In this document: piece by piece, positions 42,025 through 50,735 of the stretch
Layout of the letters: the number at the start of each line of letters is the position of its first letter
Numbering within the stretch: the stretch's first letter is position 1
NCBI GenBank assembly: GCA_963835065.1
Contig: CAWIEK010000046.1
Coordinates: 119,219 to 183,218 of the forward strand
Direction of reading: 5' to 3'
Length of the DNA: 64,000 nucleotides
Source of the DNA: an uncultured Chthonomonadaceae bacterium
Lineage (GTDB): Bacteria; Armatimonadota; Chthonomonadetes; Chthonomonadales; Chthonomonadaceae
Notes under the pieces: generated by a model
Database searches by the model: none
What the model saw: the letters and a program-made list of their open reading frames with translations, nothing else
What the model was told of the DNA's origin: nothing
Position numbers and translations under genes: made by a program

Positions 42025-42122
42025 TAGAACCTATCCCAATAGGTACGGCATTTGCGTCCGCAGGACGCTTGTACTTTCCTGCCGGGTACTTTCAGTACCC
42101 GGCCAATTGAGATAGGCTCTTA
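42025..42122. mobile_element. ~97 bp MITE, copy 2
   Basis: TIRs AGAACCTATCCCAATAGG / CCAATTGAGATAGGCTCT; inverted copy of 23240-23335. Confidence 0.8.
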
Positions 42123-42685
42123 ATCTGCGACGGGAACAATACGGCCTCCAAGCAGGGGCAGTCACAATCACATTCAGGCGTTTCCTCTGTCTCCTGCCCC
42201 GACCCCTGCAAGTTGATATTCAAAACCCCAAAGCAAGCGCCCCCTGCCCGTTCTCTCACGACGCCCCTAGCAAGCATCCCGTAAAAAAAGACGGAAAAAA
42301 GAGCAAAATAACGCGGAAAAAGCGAACCTTTTGCCCCACTTACGCTGTCTAAACAAACACAAGTGTCTACTATTCAGACACAAAGGCTGAACGTTGGCAG
42401 TTCCTATCAACTATCAACTATCAACTACTTACTCAGGAAGGGAGGTGCAAAGCCTATGTTTCCACACCCCTCCCGTTCGCCCTGACGCTGTTGAGGTCAC
42501 GACGCCTCTCTCCTACAACTTGACACAACGAGACATCGGGCTGGAAGCGCTGCATTGCCAAGATTTCGACGATGACTCTACATACTCTTTTTTCTGCCTG
42601 CCATTTGTCCGGCGCTTTCATCCTTCATTTCTTGTCTTTTCATCCTGCATCTTAGACACAGATGACACGCCTCAGTTCAAATTAT

Positions 42686-44065
42686 TTACAGCAGTTCGCG
42701 CAGGGGGCGGGCGGCGTAATCTACGACGGGAACGGGACGGCCACCGGGTGAGGGCAGTTCGTGGGTCAGGTCAATGCCTAACGCCGCGTACAGCGTGGCG
42801 GCAATATCGGCGGGCGTGGTCGGGCGATCTGTGGGGTAGCCGCCGATTTCGTCCGACGCGCCCACAATATGCCCGCCCTTGATGCCGCCGCCGCCCAAAA
42901 TCAGGCTCCAGCACTGCGGCCAGTGGTCGCGCCCCCCTGCCGGGTTGATTTTGGGCGTCCGTCCGAACTCGCCCGTTGCAATCACAATCGTATTGTCGTA
43001 CAGGCCGCGCTCTTTCAATTCCTCAATCAAACTGGTGTACCCGTTGTCGAACCAGGGGCCGCAAAGCGTTCGGTAAGCGTCAATGGGCGTGAACGGCGCG
43101 CTGCCGTGAATGTCCCACGTAATCTCGTTGAAAACCGTCTCGAACATATTGATGGTGACAAACCGGACGCCTCGCTCCACCATGCGCCGGGCAAGCAGGC
43201 ACGATTGCCCGAACTTGTTACGCCCGTATTTGTCGCGCACCGTTGCCGTTTCCTTGCTGATGTCGAACGCTTCCCGCGCTTTGGCCGACGACATGAGCGT
43301 GTACGCCTGATGAAAGTTGTCGTCCATCAGGCGGGCGTCCGCGCTGTTTTCAAACGTTTTCACGGAGCCGTCAATCGCGTCCCGGAATTTATGCCGCCGT
43401 TCCTCCCGTACCGCGCTGATATAATCGGGCGGAACCAGGTCGGGCACGGCGAAATTAGGCGCGTTAGGGTCGGCGTTGAGGACGAACGGATCGTAGGTTT
43501 TGCCCAAAAATCCCGCCGACTGGCCGTGCGGCATGTTGCCTCCCGTCGGCCCCATTGGGCGCGGCAGCAGCACCTGCGCGGGTACGTCGCGCGGCGAACC
43601 CTGCACATACTGCAACACGCTGCCGATGTTCGGGTATTCCAGCCCGCCCGAAAACAAGCGCCCCGTCTGCATCATCTGATGCCCCGTATCATGCACCGCC
43701 GCCGCCGTATGGTAGACCGAGCGCACGATGGAAAACATATCGGCATGTTTCGCCATGCGCGGAAACAGTTCGGAAATCTGCGTACCCGGCACGTTGGTTT
43801 TGATGGGCTTGAACGGGCCGCGTATTTCGGCGGGCGCGTTGGGCTTCATGTCCCACGTATCCAGTTGGGATGGCGCTCCAAGCAGAAACAGCATGATGCA
43901 GTTGATGTCTTTGTCCTTGCGAACCGCGCCCTGCGCCTGCATCGCCAGAAACTCCGGCAGCGTCAGGCTCGCGCCCAGCAGCGACAAGGCTCCGGCGTGA
44001 AGAAAATCGCGGCGCGTCATGCCGTCGCACAGATGCACGGGTTTTTGGGCGTCCAAACGAAACAT
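42686..44065 (-). CDS. DUF1501 domain protein (twin-arginine-like motif)
   Basis: TRRDFL, GAPSQLDTWDMKP, FGQSCLLARR, GEFGRTPKIN, GRDHWP. Confidence 0.93.
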   Translation of the reverse strand: MFRLDAQKPVHLCDGMTRRDFLHAGALSLLGASLTLPEFLAMQAQGAVRKDKDINCIMLFLLGAPSQLDTWDMKPNAPAEIRGPFKPIKTNVPGTQISELFPRMAKHADMFSIVRSVYHTAAAVHDTGHQMMQTGRLFSGGLEYPNIGSVLQYVQGSPRDVPAQVLLPRPMGPTGGNMPHGQSAGFLGKTYDPFVLNADPNAPNFAVPDLVPPDYISAVREERRHKFRDAIDGSVKTFENSADARLMDDNFHQAYTLMSSAKAREAFDISKETATVRDKYGRNKFGQSCLLARRMVERGVRFVTINMFETVFNEITWDIHGSAPFTPIDAYRTLCGPWFDNGYTSLIEELKERGLYDNTIVIATGEFGRTPKINPAGGRDHWPQCWSLILGGGGIKGGHIVGASDEIGGYPTDRPTTPADIAATLYAALGIDLTHELPSPGGRPVPVVDYAARPLRELL

Positions 44066-44189
44066 AATCGGTTCTCCAGAAAAAGCAGCGAACAAAAGTG
44101 ACGATAAAAACCAACCACAAATCAAGGCTGCAACGCAACAAGTTTCGACGCAAGGCGAAACGCTTCCTGCCTACCCTCATTGTACCGGG

Positions 44190-44268
44190 AAAGAAGAAAA
44201 GAAGAAGAGAAGAATCGAACCGCTCTCCTTTTCTTCTCTTCTTCTTTTCTTCTTTTCTTTTCTTCTAC
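44190..44268. repeat. Palindromic (AGAAGAAA)n/(TTTCTTCT)n element
   Basis: Purine and pyrimidine arms abutting the ftcd stop. Confidence 0.75.
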
Positions 44269-45176
44269 TCCCCCGGCAGCCAGTATTCGATAATTTGCGT
44301 CGGCTTGTATGTGCGCCAGTGGATGATGGCAGGGGGCAGGCCGTCGAGGGAAGCGCGGGGAATCAGGCCGATGATTTCGCTTTCCAGTTCCGTTACGCCC
44401 AAACGCGCGGCTTGCTGCTGCGCGAAATGGAACACGGCGGGAAGGGGAGTTAGATGCGGGCGGGTCAGGTTCAGGGAGATTTGGGCGCGGTTCTGGCTGG
44501 AAAGGAACAGTCCCAGAGCGCGTACGCCGCTCAGTTCGGGAAGACGGTCGCGCTCCTGCCGGATTTGACGCGCAATTTGCTGCGCAATTCGCGCGTCGGG
44601 CGTATCAAGGTTAATGTTATAAGCGACCAGTGGATTGCGCGCGCCGACAATGGCAATTCCGGCAGTAGCGTGGGCATGGTTGGGGCCGAAATCGGGCGCG
44701 CGGTCAGCAATGAGCGGTATGTGCGCAAAGGCTTCCCAACCGCCGCGCCGCAGTTCGGGCAGGGCGCTTTGGCGGTCAGGCCGCGCGTTCGCTTCGTAAA
44801 AGTAGACCGGCAGATTCAGTTCGCGGGCAAGGTCGTGCCCGATATTTTCGGCAAGCGCAATCGCCTGCTCCATCGTGGTATTGCGGAGGGGAACAACGGG
44901 CAGCACGTCCAGCGCGCCGACGCGGGGATGAACGCCCCGGTGCGTCCGCAGGTCAATGTTGTCAACGGCTACCTGCGCCGCCGCAAGAGCCGCGCCGCGA
45001 ACCGCTTCTGCACCGCCCAAAATGCTCATCACGCACCGATTGTGATCCGCATCGGCGGAGTAATCGGCCAGTATCGCGCCGGGAACGGAGCGGACAGCCG
45101 CGGCTATCGCTTCCACCACGTCCGCCCGCCGTCCTTCGCTGAAATTCGGTACACATTGGTAAATTTCCGTTGTCAT
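44265..45176 (-). CDS. ftcd: Glutamate formimidoyltransferase
   Basis: CVPNFSEGR, DADHNR, HRGVHPRVGALDVLP, GARNPLVAYN. Confidence 0.92.
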   Translation of the reverse strand: MTTEIYQCVPNFSEGRRADVVEAIAAAVRSVPGAILADYSADADHNRCVMSILGGAEAVRGAALAAAQVAVDNIDLRTHRGVHPRVGALDVLPVVPLRNTTMEQAIALAENIGHDLARELNLPVYFYEANARPDRQSALPELRRGGWEAFAHIPLIADRAPDFGPNHAHATAGIAIVGARNPLVAYNINLDTPDARIAQQIARQIRQERDRLPELSGVRALGLFLSSQNRAQISLNLTRPHLTPLPAVFHFAQQQAARLGVTELESEIIGLIPRASLDGLPPAIIHWRTYKPTQIIEYWLPGE

Positions 45177-45305
45177 ATTGCCATTATCGCTTGATTATTG
45201 TCGCATCCAACCGCCTGAGCCACCACGCGGTTTCAGCAGCCATTCAGTTCTCGGGTTCGGTACTTCAAACTCGCGCTTCACAAACTCGTGCTTCAAAGGA
45301 GCCGC

Positions 45306-48014
45306 ATGAAAACTTTTCGGTGGGTCGTTCTGTCCGTTTGGTTCACAGGATTGTTGAGCGTGTGGCGGATGCAACCCGCAGACGCGCAAATAACTGTGAC
45401 ACAGCCGCATTATACGGCAACAGTGGACGCGCTTGGCAATCTGGCCTCCCTGCGCATTGACGGCGTGGAAACGCTGCAAAAGCCGCTGGAATTTTGCCCC
45501 GGCGTGACGTGGACGCCGACGAATAAGGACGAGGGCAGCGGCAGTAACCCAACCGAAGCGCATTATACGCTGAAAAGCAATCGGGGCGAGGGACACATTG
45601 ATTACAAGTTCGAGCCGCAGCGCCTTACCGTCACCCTGACACACGCGCTTGGCGGCTTTCAGGCATGGGAATTGACCGCGAGTTCCAGCGTAGTGGCGGT
45701 CGAAAACCTGCAAAACAACGCCCCCACCGCAGCGGAAGCCATTCAGTACCACGAACATGGCGAAATACAGGCGACGCCGGTTGTCGGCATGACACGAGCG
45801 CAGCGTACTCGCCTGTATCTGCAAAACGGCGCCCAAATGCTGTTTTGGCACGATGGCTGGGGTGCGCCCTTCAATCTCGATGAGATGGGAACGTTCCGCG
45901 ATTATACCTACCACCGCAACCTGCTTGAAGACAAGAAGCCGATGCGCCTGCATTTCGATCTGGAAAAGCCGTCCGCGCAGCCCTTGCAGCCTGCGCCCGC
46001 CTTCCTGCCCTATGGCGCTGCACTCGCCAATCTGTATGAAAGCGCGCAGCCCGTTCGTTTCGACCTTCAGTTTACCCCGCAAACGCAGGAACGGCTGAAA
46101 CTATCCCCGCGTTGGCAAATCCGCTGGAGCGTACGCGATTTCTGGGATCGGCCTGCCGGAACGGGTGTTACGATTGTTTCCACGCCCGCTCTGCCCGCCA
46201 GGCCGGACGCCAACAAGCCGGTTGCCATTTCCATCGAATTGCCCCGCGCTCAAATAAAGGGCAAGGGATGGTTCAGCGTCGTGTTTGCCCTGTCGCCGGT
46301 GGCTAAAATCAGTCCCATTGCTGCGCCCTCGGAGTTCAAAACCCGCTTTGCCCTTGTGGATGCCGCGCCGGGTTTCGCGTCCAACGCCCTGCCCGACCAT
46401 ATTCCGACAGATTACGGCTACGCGGGCTTGCTCGGCATGAAGGCGATCCGGGAAAGCCACACGATGCGCGACTATTTCCCCGAACGCGGCAAAACGAACT
46501 GGAAGGCGCTTGACGAGGTAATGGATCGAGCGAGTGGGGAAGCGAAGAAGTACGGCGTGTCGTGGTTTTTTCAGGCCAACGAGCGTCCGCAATGGTGTAC
46601 GGACGCGGATTACGAGCAAATCGCTTTCGACATGGTGACGCATTGCAAGGATCGGTGCAAAGTGTGGGAAGTGGAAAACGAGCCGAATTTCCGCTATTCG
46701 CCACAGGATTATGTCACCAAAGCGCTCGTGCCATTCGCAAAAGGAGCCAAACGCGCTGACCCCACCTGCGCCATTCTCGGCCCCGCCTGCGTCAGCGTAC
46801 CCATTTCGATCACGTTCCTGAACAAAATCGTTGAATTGGACGCGCTGAAATATCTGGACGGCGTTTCCACGCACACGTATGTTGGGCCGGGCGAACCGTG
46901 GGAACTGTTCGGCAACTGGCGTTACCTTCAGGCATTACAGAAGGCGGGCGGTGGGCGTCCGCTGTGGCAGACCGAACAGGGGTACAACTGGGCGCATGTC
47001 AGCCGACAGGAACATGCCCGCTATGTCGTCCGCCAGTACCTCAACGGCTTTGCGGCGGGCATCGCCAACGAACGCCACTACTATTTTTATCCGGTCCACA
47101 ACGGCTTTGAACCCTGGTATCTGGTGGAGGGTGGTTTTCGGGGCGGCAACGCGGGTACGCTGGAACCGGCAGCCGTCGCCCTGCGCGTGATGAACGCGCA
47201 AATTGGAGACCGCAAACTAAGAAATCCCGACCCGCCGCAGATTGCCATTAACACCTTACGCTTTGAAGGCAAAACACCGGGAGAAAACGATGTCGTCGTG
47301 ATATGGACGCTTGATTTCCCTTACGACCTGATTGTGGAGGGAGAGGTGACGCGAGCGGTTGATTTCATGGGCAACCCCATTGCGCTCAAGAAGAAGGGGC
47401 GGCAGTACGCGCTTTCTATAGACGGTCATCCCATCTACCTGACGGTTCCGCATGGTACAATACTTCGCCTGGTAAATGCAGCATGGGGCGACAACGTTAC
47501 CGCAGCGCAGGGCGTAAGCGCGTCCGCGTCTTCGGAAACAAAGGCTCATCCCGCCGCATACGCCATAGATGGACTGTGGCAGCGCCGGGATGCTGTTGCC
47601 GGCCTGCCTTCCCGCACTTACTGGGAAGCGCAAACCGTAGGCGCATCGGAACAAAGCCCGGTTTGGCTGCAAATTGACCTGCCAAAGCCGTATACGCTTG
47701 ACCATGCCCAACTGGTGACGCCGCTCCCCGCTGTGGATGGCGGCACACCCCGCGACTTCGCCCTGCAAATTTCCGACGATGGCAGCAAGTGGCGCACCAT
47801 CGCGCAAAAGAAAGACTGGACAGGCTGGATAGATGTTCTGACGTTTGCCCCCGTGGAAACCCGCTACGTCCGGCTATTGGTGACGCGGCTTAACGACGGC
47901 TGGCATCTCGACGGCAAATGGATGTTCATGGTGTCGCCGGACTTCACCCGCTACACAAGCATGCAGTGCCGCGTCCTCGACTTGAGCGTTTATGGTCCCA
48001 CCGGCCAGAACTGA
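45306..48014 (+). CDS. Secreted clan GH-A (GH39-like) glycoside hydrolase with C-terminal F5/8 discoidin domain
   Basis: Signal peptide; WEVENEPN, STHTY, LWQTEQG; ASASS..AIDG..WLQIDL..SDDGSKW..RYVRL. Confidence 0.8.
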   Translation: MKTFRWVVLSVWFTGLLSVWRMQPADAQITVTQPHYTATVDALGNLASLRIDGVETLQKPLEFCPGVTWTPTNKDEGSGSNPTEAHYTLKSNRGEGHIDYKFEPQRLTVTLTHALGGFQAWELTASSSVVAVENLQNNAPTAAEAIQYHEHGEIQATPVVGMTRAQRTRLYLQNGAQMLFWHDGWGAPFNLDEMGTFRDYTYHRNLLEDKKPMRLHFDLEKPSAQPLQPAPAFLPYGAALANLYESAQPVRFDLQFTPQTQERLKLSPRWQIRWSVRDFWDRPAGTGVTIVSTPALPARPDANKPVAISIELPRAQIKGKGWFSVVFALSPVAKISPIAAPSEFKTRFALVDAAPGFASNALPDHIPTDYGYAGLLGMKAIRESHTMRDYFPERGKTNWKALDEVMDRASGEAKKYGVSWFFQANERPQWCTDADYEQIAFDMVTHCKDRCKVWEVENEPNFRYSPQDYVTKALVPFAKGAKRADPTCAILGPACVSVPISITFLNKIVELDALKYLDGVSTHTYVGPGEPWELFGNWRYLQALQKAGGGRPLWQTEQGYNWAHVSRQEHARYVVRQYLNGFAAGIANERHYYFYPVHNGFEPWYLVEGGFRGGNAGTLEPAAVALRVMNAQIGDRKLRNPDPPQIAINTLRFEGKTPGENDVVVIWTLDFPYDLIVEGEVTRAVDFMGNPIALKKKGRQYALSIDGHPIYLTVPHGTILRLVNAAWGDNVTAAQGVSASASSETKAHPAAYAIDGLWQRRDAVAGLPSRTYWEAQTVGASEQSPVWLQIDLPKPYTLDHAQLVTPLPAVDGGTPRDFALQISDDGSKWRTIAQKKDWTGWIDVLTFAPVETRYVRLLVTRLNDGWHLDGKWMFMVSPDFTRYTSMQCRVLDLSVYGPTGQN

Positions 48015-48029
48015 GATCCAAAATTTTAA

Positions 48030-48503
48030 CTACTCCGTGTTCCCCGTGTTCCCTGTGGTTGATTCTCCTCCAAGTGTTTTGCGCATTTCGATGTGGGGCA
48101 GGGTGACTTCTTCAAACGGTTCGCCATGCGCCACATAGCCAAGCCGCTCATAGAAAGACTGCACGGCCACGCGGCCATGCAGCATCAAGGTTCGCGCGTC
48201 CTGCTGCTTCGCCACTTGTTCGGCAAACGTGACGAGCGCGCGGCCAATTCCCTGCCCCTGATAATCGCAGTCTACCGCAACCTGCCGCATTTGTATGACA
48301 CCCACTTCCAGCGGCGTCAAAACAAGGTTGCCGACGATTTTGCCGTCGGCAACCGCCACAATATGCGTATCCCGTGATTCGGCGGCAAGCTGCTGCGGCG
48401 TGTACGTCAGGCCGAGCGGTTCGCGCAAAACGCGATAGCGCAGCCGCAGCGCTTCGCGGTACGCTTCCGAGTTGTATTCGATTGTCTCAACGTGTACGTT
48501 CAT
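48030..48503 (-). CDS. GNAT N-acetyltransferase
   Basis: LRYRVLREPLG, QVAVDCDYQGQGIGRAL, FYERLGY. Confidence 0.9.
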   Translation of the reverse strand: MNVHVETIEYNSEAYREALRLRYRVLREPLGLTYTPQQLAAESRDTHIVAVADGKIVGNLVLTPLEVGVIQMRQVAVDCDYQGQGIGRALVTFAEQVAKQQDARTLMLHGRVAVQSFYERLGYVAHGEPFEEVTLPHIEMRKTLGGESTTGNTGNTE

Positions 48504-48507
48504 CGGG

Positions 48508-49290
48508 CTACTTCAACAGGGACGCCGCGCCGTCTACGTAAATTTCTACGCCGGACACGTGGCGCGACAGGTCGCTGGCGAGGTACAGGCACGTATCCGC
48601 CACGTCTATGGCTTCGCCCTGCCCGCCATGCAGCGCGGGATTGCCGTCCGCGTACTCCACTTTGGCGTCAATCTTTTCCGTGTCCCGCTTTTCGGTGCGC
48701 TGGTCAATGTTGGTGTGGATCGCGCCGGGACAAACGGCATTGACGCGGATATTATAGCGTCCCAATTCCACCGCCGCCATTTTCATCATCGCCACCTGCC
48801 CGGCCTTGCTGGTGCTGTACGCCGTTGCGCCCGCTGACGTAAACACGCGGTTGCCGTTGACGCTGCTGGTAATCAGAATACTGCCGCCGCCCGCCTGCTT
48901 CAAATGAGGAACCGCGAAGTGCAGGGTCAGGTACGTGCCTTTGAGGTTGATGTCAATGGTCTTGTCCCAATCCTCCGGCTCCAATTCGTCAATGGGAGTC
49001 CACACGCCGTTAATGCCCGCGTTGGCGAAAACCACGTCCAGCCGCCCGAACTGCTTCACCGTCGCGTCAACGGCGGCTTTCACATCTTCCGGTTTGGACA
49101 CGTCGCACGGAATAAACAGGGCTTGCCCGCCGTTTTGCTCGATTTCCGCCTGCGCCTTTTCCCCATCTTCGGGCAGCATGTCCGCAATACCGATTTTCGC
49201 GCCTTCCTGCGCAAACCGCAGCGCCGTGCCCTTGCCAATGCCGCTCGCCCCGCCCGTAATAAAGGCTACCTTGCCGTCTAAGAGTCCCAT
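48508..49290 (-). CDS. SDR family oxidoreductase
   Basis: TGGASGIG, ANAG, YSTSK. Confidence 0.93.
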   Translation of the reverse strand: MGLLDGKVAFITGGASGIGKGTALRFAQEGAKIGIADMLPEDGEKAQAEIEQNGGQALFIPCDVSKPEDVKAAVDATVKQFGRLDVVFANAGINGVWTPIDELEPEDWDKTIDINLKGTYLTLHFAVPHLKQAGGGSILITSSVNGNRVFTSAGATAYSTSKAGQVAMMKMAAVELGRYNIRVNAVCPGAIHTNIDQRTEKRDTEKIDAKVEYADGNPALHGGQGEAIDVADTCLYLASDLSRHVSGVEIYVDGAASLLK

Positions 49291-49610
49291 GTCGTTTTCT
49301 TTCCCTTCTGCAAACTACTCCGCAAACTATCGTTGATGGACACTCTTTTTACTGACATTGGGCGGCAAAGTTCCATGAAAAACAAGACGTGGAGCCTGGC
49401 GCGTTCAGGCGCGATGGGAAGCGCCTTTGTAACCCACCACTTAGTCGCGTGGTCCGAATTACATGATAGGGGCAGAGAACATCCGCGCCAATCATGTTCG
49501 ATGCGGTGTATTACAGGGATGTGATAGACGATGAGGGAGGCTCTAAACGTGCAAATGAGGCTTATAGTACGAAACTATAAGCCCCACCATTTAGCAGTAT
49601 TTATCAAGAA

Positions 49611-49684
49611 CGAGGATGACGGGGCTCGAACCCGCGGCCTCCAGCGTGACAGGCTGGCGCTCTAACCAACTGAGCTACACCCCC
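49611..49684 (-). tRNA. tRNA-Asp (GTC)
   Basis: GGGGGTGTAGCTCAGTTGGTTAGAGCGCCAGCCTGTCACGCTGGAGGCCGCGGGTTCGAGCCCCGTCATCCTCG; CCA not encoded. Confidence 0.97.
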
Positions 49685-49746
49685 ACAAGCGCCTACGCGC
49701 CACACTCCTCACACAGTCATTGCGTCCTTCATAGGACTCAATGGCA

Positions 49747-49819
49747 TGGGCGAAACAGGACTTGAACCCGTGACATCTTCGGTGTAAACGAAGCGCTCTA
49801 CCGACTGAGCTATTCGCCC
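49747..49819 (-). tRNA. tRNA-Val (TAC)
   Basis: GGGCGAATAGCTCAGTCGGTAGAGCGCTTCGTTTACACCGAAGATGTCACGGGTTCAAGTCCTGTTTCGCCCA. Confidence 0.97.
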
Positions 49820-49851
49820 GCTCTCTCCTCCGCAACGCCGCAAGCAGATGT

Positions 49852-49880
49852 AGTATAGCACGGCTAAGGCTGTTTGTCAA
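49852..49880 (-). promoter_or_regulatory. sigma70 promoter of the tRNA pair
   Basis: TTGACA-17 nt-TATACT with extended -10 TG. Confidence 0.85.
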
Positions 49881-50076
49881 GAGGCCGCTTTCACAGCGAA
49901 CATTCCTTTTACCGCCTGAATAACCCAACTCACAAGTCTGCTGTGTTCCGTCAGATTTATTTTGCGGGGGTTTCCGGTCTGTTCGCCTGAAGCATAGTCA
50001 AAGCACTGGAAGACGTCTTAAATGCGGCGAGGGCTGCCCGGTCAGCCCCACTCCAAAAAACAAAAAGGAGACAGAC

Positions 50077-50451
50077 ATGATTTCTCGTATTCACTCCACA
50101 ACCATCGTTGTGACCGATCAGGAGGCGGCGCTTGATTTCTACGTGAACACGCTGGGTTGGGAAAAGGCCATTGATCATCGAATGGGACCGGAAATGCGTT
50201 TTTTAACGGTCGTTCCGCCCGGCGCGGCGACGCAGCTCGTTCTCGCGCTGGCGAGCTGGTATGGCGAGGGCAAGAATCCGGGGAAGTGCCACGGCATTAC
50301 GCTTGTCACCCCTGACATTGAGGCCACCTACGAAACCCTCCAGGCGCGTGGCGTGAAGTTCAAAAACCCTATCGAAGACATGCCCTGGGGAAGCAAGGCA
50401 ACCTGGTTTTACGATCCCGATGGCAATGAGTTCTTCCTGACTGTCGGGTAG
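50077..50451 (+). CDS. VOC/glyoxalase family protein
   Basis: VTDQEAALDFY, DIEATYETL..RGVKF, FYDPDGN. Confidence 0.9.
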   Translation: MISRIHSTTIVVTDQEAALDFYVNTLGWEKAIDHRMGPEMRFLTVVPPGAATQLVLALASWYGEGKNPGKCHGITLVTPDIEATYETLQARGVKFKNPIEDMPWGSKATWFYDPDGNEFFLTVG

Positions 50452-50735
50452 CGTCCGGGCAATAGCGCGTTTCCAGTTCTTTTGTCTGGTTTGTTCTGGT
50501 TTGTAATGGATGGCATTCCTCGTGCCATCCATTTTTGTCGTTACGCACAACTTTTCCCCGATTAGTTCGTAACAAAAGTATTGGGGTTCGCAACGACGCG
50601 ATACCCGCTTGTCCACGCCTGCCTTGTCCGCTTCCCGACGCGCGGATGATTTGCTGTTTTCTTTTGATTATCTATGCGCGTTTCTATGCGGCTCTTTTCA
50701 CGTTCTCGGTCTGAGGAATCAGGAAGTTTTCAGCC

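Noticed and set aside
49330..49610. Integrated element at the tRNA-Asp 3' end
   Set aside because: No integrase and no duplicated tRNA 3' end seen in the window; only a hairpin at ~49559-49583.
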